Source: Antechinus flavipes
Taxonomy: Eukaryota
DNA length: 64,000 bases
Reading direction: 5' to 3'
Assembly (NCBI RefSeq): GCF_016432865.1
Contig: NC_067400.1
Span: 623,286,001 to 623,350,000 of the forward strand
Shown in pieces: positions 56,701 through 64,000 of this stretch. The notes under the pieces are model-generated. The model made no database searches, had not been told where the DNA came from, and saw nothing but the letters and a program-made list of their open reading frames with translations. Positions within the stretch are counted from its first letter, which is position 1. Each line of letters starts with the position of its first letter. The position numbers and the translations under genes were made by a program.

Positions 56701-58248
56701 CTCCTTTCAAATCCTGCCTCTGAAATCACAGAGTGACTATCATCCTTAAATCCTCAGTGCCTCGGGTTACTCTATGGGACTATGAGTTGTAGAGCAGGTG
56801 CTGATGGCACTGGTGGAAGCAATTTGGGGGAACACCTGGGAGTTTCTTACACCAATAAAATCACAGATGTGCTCCTTATACCCATTGATACAATTAGGGA
56901 ATTTTAAAAAATGATTAATAGGGTTGATAATGTTTATAATGTTCCCAGTATTGAAACAAGCCTGCATTTCTGGCCCAAGTCCAACCTGGTCCAAGTATAT
57001 GATTTAGGAACATTACTATACCTTCTTTGCTCAAGTTGTTTTCAATATTGGCAGTGATATGGACTATCTATTTCTCTTTCTATTTTATCTCTTCATGGTT
57101 TAGGCGTCGGGACTGAATTTATCTTCCAGGAAGGTGTTACTAGAATTCCTTCCATGTAGGAGTAGCATAAGATAGACCAGTTTTGTTTTTGAAAGATATC
57201 GGAGCCATTCTCCGATAGATGGATGGGCAAGGGACATAAACAAGAAGTTTTCAAAAGAAGCTATCTGAGCTATTTATAGATATGGAAAAATGCTCTCAAT
57301 CATGGATAATTACAGAAATAATAATAATAATAAAAAAAAGAAACCTTGAAGGTTCACCTCCAAAGACCAGCAAAGTTGGTAAAAGAGGAAAATTACAAAG
57401 TTAGAGGGGCTAATACATTATTGGTGGAGCTGTACCTAGCCGAGCCAGTGTAGAAACTCATATGTACAAAAAGATCTTTTCATGGTAGCTAAATATCAGA
57501 AACTAAAGAGGTGCAATTAGATGTACCGCAGGACACAGAGTGCTGTACTTTGAATCAGGAAGAGTCGAATTCAGATCTAATCTCAAAAACTTATTAGCTG
57601 AGAGACTCTGGGGCAAGTCCCTTAACCTCAGGTTTCCTCAGTTCCTCATCTGTAAAATGGGGGTAGTAATAGCACCAACCTCAGGTAGGTCAGGGCCAAA
57701 TGAGATAACAATCAGTGACTCCCCTTCCTTCCTTCTCTTTTCAGTTGGGCTTCTGACATCATCATTCAACTGAAAATTGTTTTCTCTAAGTCACCACTGA
57801 GTTGACAAATCTAATTTTTCCCTCATTCTTCATCCTTCTTGACCTCTCTGTGGTCTGTGATTGTTGATCACCTTTTTCTCCCTCTATGTTTTTTCCCCTG
57901 GTGTAGATTCGGTGATCATGTCTATGTGGGTGACTCTCAGATCTGTTTGGCCAAACCTAACCTTTCTCTTGTCTTCTGGTCTCATACCTGCCTCACCATT
58001 ACTCAAATTTGAAAGCCGGTGCTTGGCTGTTTGCTCTCTTTCTCTCCCTGCACTAGCCTGTTGCCTGGTCTTTTATTATGTCTCTGAAGGACACTCCCTT
58101 CTCTCCTTTGCCATTCTCCCCCCTCTAGTGCAGGCTGCATCTCCCCAGCTTGGAGATGGCTGAAGATCTGCCTACCAACTCCCCACGTCGGGAAGCCTCC
58201 ATTCAGCTGCCAAGGGGAGCCATCTAGATCCCAGAATGCAACATGTTC

Positions 58249-58281
<33 letters not shown>

Positions 58282-59024
58282 TTGCAGCCACTTCCTATTC
58301 CCTTCAAGATCACAGATCAAGTCACTCTTTGGCTTTTAGAATTCTCTATAACTTGGTCCCTTGCTACCTATCCAGTCTTGTTCCCTGTACTAGTCTCAGC
58401 AGCCATGTGCCCTTTGGTTCTAGGCTCACCAGCTTCTTTGTTACCCTTGCCCTTTCCTCGGCTTCCTCCTGTCCATCTGCCCCTCTGGATTCCTGGAGTC
58501 TTCCATTGCTTCCCTGCTGCTCGTTAGTCCCTGCTTGAGCTCTCTGGACCTTGTCCATATTGGACACGTGTGGGCTCCCCATTAGACTGTAAGCTTCTTG
58601 AGGGCAAGGCCCATCCGTTGCCTCTCTTTGTATCCCCGAGGTTTAGCACAGTGTCTGGCACATAGTAGGTGCTTCCCAAATGCCTGTGGTTCTCGACTTG
58701 AGCTTTTGCCAAAGCCTCCCTTTGCCGCTCCCTCCTGCTTGTTTCTGCTCATTCATACCCTGTCACCATCGAGGTCCATCTTTGCCTCCTTGAATCTTCC
58801 CTCTTCTTCCTCCTTCCACTTTTTACAAAGAAGAAGAAAGTGAAAAGACTTTGGGGATACCAATGGATGATGGAAGTGATCTGCTCCCCCAACTCTGCCC
58901 TGTTCTTGAACCCCAATCATGGATTCCTGCACCTCCTTTCCCTCTTTTAATCAGCCCTTTATGATCTGCCCCCCCCAAGTTAAGTTTGTTTTGCTTCTTA
59001 CTATTTCTTCTCCAAAGATGATAG

Positions 59025-59250
59025 GGGGCACCATAGTGAATAGAGGGCCAGGCCTGAAGTTAGGGAAACCCATCTGAATTCAAATCCAGCCTCAATTTAC
59101 CAATGTGTGACCCCAGGCAAATCACTAAACTCTGCCTCAGTTTCCTCATCTGTAAAATGAGAGGGAGGAGGAAATAGCGAACTGCAGTAGAAACCCTGCC
59201 AAGAAAATCTCAAATGGAGTCATAAAGCATCAGATGTGACTGAAATAACT
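59025..59250 (+). mobile_element. MAR1-type CORE-SINE
   Basis: ggggcaccatagtgaatagagggccaggcctg...gaattcaaatcc...cctcagtttcctcatctgtaaaatg...gccaagaaaatctcaaatggagtcat. Confidence 0.65.
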
Positions 59251-59541
59251 AAAAGCTCCTTCCCCAACTCTAGACTCTTCCCTTAAACTTCCCTCTCCTG
59301 TTCCCCCTCTTCCCCACTCACTCCCTGGTTGAGTTGAACCCCAAAGTCTGTCCTGCATGCCCCCCTTCTTCTTGCACTTGACTGTCCCCTCCCTGAACTA
59401 GAAACCACAAGGAACAAGAAGAAGCTGTTAGTTCCCTTTCTTAAAAGACTAGGGAGTGGGAAACTCATTGCTGGGCTGACCTCAGCAGGATTTTCTGCCT
59501 CTGTCTCTCTGCCTGCCCTCTCTCCAGAGCCTGGAGCCAGC

Positions 59542-60257
59542 ACGGTTCCCATGGTCATCGTCATGCTGGGCTTTGGTGAGTCCTGGGGAAGGAGATCCGT
59601 GAACACTCCAGGGACAGGGGCCCTTGTAGCTCTGACAGTGGTCTCGCAGATTCTGTGGCCCTTTCCCGACCTTGTGTGCCTTTTACAAAGGGAGAATCTG
59701 AAGCTCGCAGGGGGGACTGACTTTTTGGAGGTTCCGGCCAGTAGAGGTCAGGATCCAGGTCTTCTAGAACCACCCTCAATGCCCTCCCCCCACTCCCTCC
59801 ATTCTCTAAGTCCAGGTCTGGCTTACTTTTTCTTTCATCTGTAGGGCTGGGTAAGAAGGAAGACACGTCTAAAGGGAATCTTCCCCCTCAGGACTGTGCA
59901 TGGGCCAAGGGAGCAAGACACAGGCAGGTGAATCCTTCTCCCACCCCACGCTTTCTGCTCCTGCTCCTCAGGCTCGGCAGCTTGGCAAGGTTAAATGGGG
60001 GTGTCTACAGGAGGAGGGCCGGGGGGGAGGAGGAAGGACTCTCTGAATCTGGGCTCTGATTCTTTTTCAGGGATGCTCCTCAGATTTACTCTGGAGGATG
60101 ACGCAGGTCCTCTGATCCCCTGGGAACACCTGTCACCCTCAGCCCCTGGGGCTCATCTCCTCTATGACAGAGGACACTGCGGGGAGTTACTGCTGCCTCT
60201 ACAAGAGCCTGTCTGGCTTGTCCAGGGCCACTGAGGCCCTGGAACCGGTGATGGCAG
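59542..60257 (+). pseudogene. LILR/LRC-type Ig receptor pseudogene remnant (leader 1, leader 2, internally deleted Ig exon)
   Basis: Leader-1 59542(ACG)/59551(ATG)-59575 with donor gtgagtcc; 36-nt leader-2 59892-59927 (GLCMGQGSKTQA). Ig exon 60071-60257 is only 187 nt: it starts GMLLRFTL..GPLIPW, shifts frame, lacks the first Cys, and ends ISSMTEDTAGSYCCLY...ALEPVMAG. In-frame stop at 60232-60234. Confidence 0.8.
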
Positions 60258-61239
60258 GTGAGGCAAGATCCCCCAGCACCTGGCTCTATCTGCCCCTCTT
60301 TCAGGCCTGAGCCTGTGTCCCCAGAAGGTTCCTTTCCCCCTCTCCCAATCTCTGCTCCTTGTATGGTGGCAAAGCCCTCTCTATCAAGTTGTCCACATTG
60401 TGTGTGTGTGTGTGTGTGTGTGTGATTATGGGAGTGGGGTGGGGATGTTGGGGGGAATGGGATATACTGCTGCAGAGGAGATTTAGGGGGAACACTCCAA
60501 CCCAAAAGGGGATCGATTATCAACAGTTATGGGGATGAGGAAGTCTAAGGAGAAGATCCCTGGGGCCAAGTTGGGAAGAGGATGCTGGGGATCCCAGAAG
60601 CCTGTTGGGGAGGAAACTGCTGCTGCAGCCCGTATCTTGGGTTGTTATGGCTGTACTCTGCCCTCTATTTCCTTGTTACCCCCAGGCCCACCCCAGCCCT
60701 CTGCCCCATTCTCCTTCTCATGAGGATACAGTGAATCTTGAGGCCAGACGAAAGATAGGACCCTCACCTTAGGGAGTCAGAACAGAGTCCTGTTCCTTCT
60801 GTCGCAGGTCTTAGCCTGAGCTTCCTAGGGAAGAGTAAATGGGCTGTCTCCCAGGATACAACAGAGCCTTTAGGCCTGGAGAGTCCTCTGTCATTCACTT
60901 TTGGAATACACGGGAGAGCTGCTGATATACATGGGAGCCACCTGACAGTGGCTGCTGGAGATCCAATCCTTTTGTGAGAGGATGATACAAGGAGGCTGAG
61001 ACAGTTGCTGTTCTCTGGCCTCTCTGACTGAGAGGCTGTTGCATTGTCTCACCTCCCTCCTCTTCCCTCTGCCTCCATCTTATCTCATTCCCAGTCCCTA
61101 ACATCTGTATCAGCAAAGGTTGCCCTGCAGCTCCTTCAGATGCTGTGATCCACAGCTGGGGAGGCTCTCGGAGAACTGACCTGAACAACTCATAGATGAG
61201 ACCAGGAACAGTGGCTGCTCTACCATTCTAGGTTCTCCT

Positions 61240-62400
61240 GTCAGTCAAAAAGCATTTATTAAGCATCTACTGTATGCTAATCTTTGGGAATTCAAAAGAC
61301 CTTTCTCTCAAGAACAAGCAGACATTCTCAACGGGATAAATAATCAACAGAGGGAAAGTGCTAGAGATCAGAGAGCTTGGGAAAGGCTTTCTACAGTTGG
61401 GATTTTAACTGGGGCTGGCCAAAGAGGCTAAGAGAAGGAGATAACTCTGGGCTTACACACGTAAGAAAACTAGAAAGAGAGAAGAAACCTGGGTCATGAA
61501 GGACTTTGAATACCAAGCCAAAGAGTTTCTATTTGATCCTAGAGATAATAGGAAGTTGCTGGAGTTTACTGAGGAGTGGGGAAACACAATCAAACCTTTG
61601 CTTTAGGGAAATCTTATGAGTGGCTGAATGGGGGATAGACTGGCATGGGGAGGGACTTGAGGCAGGCAGACCCTGGTAGCTCTTGTACGGGTTTAGGTAT
61701 GAGTCGATGAGGGTCTGCACCAGGGTGGGGGCAGTGTCAGAGATGGAAAAGTGCTCTTTAGGGAAAAGCAACAAGAGTTGGTATCACATTGAATATGGGG
61801 GATGAGAAGAGGAGTTAGGGAGGAAGCCTGGATGATGTGCTAAATGGTGGTCCCCTTGACAGTGATATGGATGTTAAGAAGAAGGGAGAGTTTGGGGAAA
61901 CGATAATGTGTTCAGTCCGGGATGCGCCGCATTTAAAATGTCTACAGGATGTCCAGTTCCACATGTTCATTGAACAGTTGGAGATTGGATGGTAGGAGAG
62001 TTCAGGGCTCTTCAAATAAATCTGATATCCCCTTGTCTGGACACACTAGCTAAAATCACAGGTGGAAGATCATAGAGGGAGAGCAGGCCCCAGAATCAAG
62101 CCCAAGATTAAGGTGTGTAACTTAAATGAAGATACAGAAAAAAAAATGAGGGCTCGTCAGACCTGTAGGGTAGAACCAGAAAAGGCAGGGGATTAGCATA
62201 ATTTGTGGGATTAAATGAGAAGAAGGGGACTCCTGCAGTCTCTTATCAAGAAGAGCTGTTCAAGGAGAAGGAGTGAGGAGGTGAAGCGAGGGATTGAAAT
62301 ATGAAGAAAGAACCAGGAAGGGGATCCCTGAAGAGCATCGCTATGAGGCAAAGAACCAGTAGGAGACACGGAAGGACGAAGGGGTGAGGTGGGGGTGCAA
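61240..62400 (-). mobile_element. LINE-2 relic
   Basis: tcagtcaaaaagcatttattaagcatctactgt (reversed L2 3' end) followed by purine-rich reversed ORF2. Confidence 0.6.
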
Positions 62401-63010
62401 TCTACTAAAGCAGATGTTATGACTCAATTGAATTGCAATAAGGGATAAGAGAATGCTTTGATGTTATGGAAAACCAAACACGGCTAATCACATGAAAAAA
62501 ACCAACCAACCAGGTTATTTCCAAAGGGGAAGAAATGACAAAATGGAACACTTGTGTACGGAACAATCCTTTAAAAAAAGAAAAGAAATGGGCATGGGAG
62601 GTGGGGAGACACTTTTTTTTGCACAGAATTAAAAACAAAGCTCAGAAGGAAGATCTTGCATTATCTTCCCACAGAGACAGCAGGCTTTTCCCCATTATCA
62701 TTGTGAATAAATCAAAAATATCCCCTCCCCATGATTATTTGACATATTTCAGAAATATCAGCTGTAGTAAGGAGATGGTGTTAGCAGAAGAAGTCATTTG
62801 CAGATGATGTAAACTACCCAGAAAGACAATTTATTGTCAGTTGCTCCTCATTCCGTTTGAGATTTCTTTGCAAAGATATTAGAACAGTTTGTTATTTTCT
62901 TTTCCAGCTCATTTTACAGATGAGGAACCTGAGGAAACAGGATTAAATGACTTGCCTAGGATCAGAGAGCTAATAAGTGTTTGAACTCTGGATAATGGGC
63001 TTTCCTATTT

Positions 63011-63375
63011 CCAGGTTTGACACTCTATCCACTATGGCGCCCCCAACTGCCCACCTGAAAGATGAATGTTCCTGACTCCAGGTTTGACACTCTATCCACT
63101 ATGGCGCCCCCAACTGCCCACCTGAAAGATGAATGTTCCTGACTCCAGGTTTGACACTCTATCCACTATGGCGCCACCTAGCTGCCCCCTGAAAGATGAA
63201 TGTTCCTGACTCCAGGTTTGGCACTCTATCCACTATGGCGCCACTTAGCTGCCCACCTGAAAGATGAATGTTCCTGACTCCAGGTTTGGTACTCTATCCA
63301 CTATGGCGCCACCTATCTGCCCACCTGGAAGATGAGTGTCCAAACTCCTTTAGCTCTATGCGCTATGGTGCCCTC
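63011..63375. repeat. Tandem repeat, 5 x 67-68 bp, derived from a SINE 5' head
   Basis: ccaggtttgacactctatccactatggcgcc...ctgcccacctgaaagatgaatgttcctgact starting at 63011, 63078, 63145, 63212 and 63280. Confidence 0.92.
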
Positions 63376-64000
63376 TAGCTGCCCAGGTTTAGGAAAGGAA
63401 TGCCAAAGCAAAGTGTCATCATTTTGCAATTTCATATGAGGCAAGAAGAGAAGCAGTGTCTGAGATGCATCTGAAGCAAGCCTTGCACCACTCCTCCAAA
63501 GTGGCAGCTTCCAGGAATCATATGGAACTCTGTAGGGTCTTACAACATTTAAAGCCAGGTCCAGCCCCCACACTGCCTCACACAAGAAAAGCTTTCTGTG
63601 TCTGGTTTTCTTTTGTTTTGTTTTCAAAGGCTTCACCATCAGAAGTAGATTTCCAGGTTTTGCAAGTTTGGGAATTTGCTGCTCCCAAATAAGCTCCCAG
63701 ACTCCACTCATCAACATGTTGGTGACAAGATCCACTTTTGGAATATTTCTATTTGCAGCGTTGTCAAAGCACTCTATTAAAAATGATAATAACAGTAACT
63801 CACATTTACACAGCGCTTACTCTGCACCTGGCACTGAGCTAAGTACTTTTCAACTATTATCTCAGCTGATCCTTACAACATTGAGAGGTAGGGGCTATTA
63901 TTAACCTTTTTTTTTTTAACATTTGAGGAAATAGAAGGAGAAAAAAGATCCATGGCTTGCCCAGGGTCACACAGCTGGAAAGTGTCTGGTCTTCTGATAG

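Noticed and set aside
60808-61230. Further exons of the Ig pseudogene (acceptor-like sites at about 60807 and 61094)
   Set aside because: The translations show no Ig, stalk or TM signature and hit stops quickly.
52470-63375. tRNA-like A/B boxes
   Set aside because: They belong to tRNA-derived SINE heads (MAR1/WSINE/MIR) and do not fold as complete tRNAs.

Overview
This is eukaryotic DNA, very probably from an Australian marsupial: it carries WSINE1-like and MAR1-like SINEs, a marsupial-type L1 3' end, and L2, L3/CR1 and MIR relics. It is the framework segment of the Leukocyte Receptor Complex (LRC). Gene order, with exons assigned by hand from splice signals, frame continuity and recalled human homologues: GP6-like Ig receptor (+, 9 coding exons, 9627-14380, 328 aa); CDC42EP5 (+, 17375-17875); LENG9 (+, single exon, ends 19803); LENG8 (-, 15 coding exons, 31102-21221, 803 aa); TTYH1 (-, 13 coding exons, 48657-41447, 454 aa); and a decayed LILR-type Ig receptor pseudogene (+, about 59542-60257). 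Main points of interest: (1) The GP6-like gene keeps the collagen-contact residues, but its D1 is 10 aa longer than human GP6 and LAIR1-like. It has no N-glycan sequon, no Lyn/Fyn proline-rich motif, and a mucin stalk built from a 45-nt exon triplicated inside VNTR-bearing ~750-bp units. (2) It lies only 3 kb from CDC42EP5, so the whole LILR/KIR/FCAR/NCR1/NLRP block that separates the two in human is absent here. (3) The LENG8 terminal intron holds a predicted in-frame 30-nt micro-exon, a perfect AG|GTAAGT recursive or alternative site, and a read-through ORF. (4) TTYH1 exon 12 has a GC donor feeding an open alternative C-terminal frame. Four N-gaps sit inside microsatellites. No CRISPR, rRNA or tRNA genes were recognised. 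All homology statements are from memory and were not searched.
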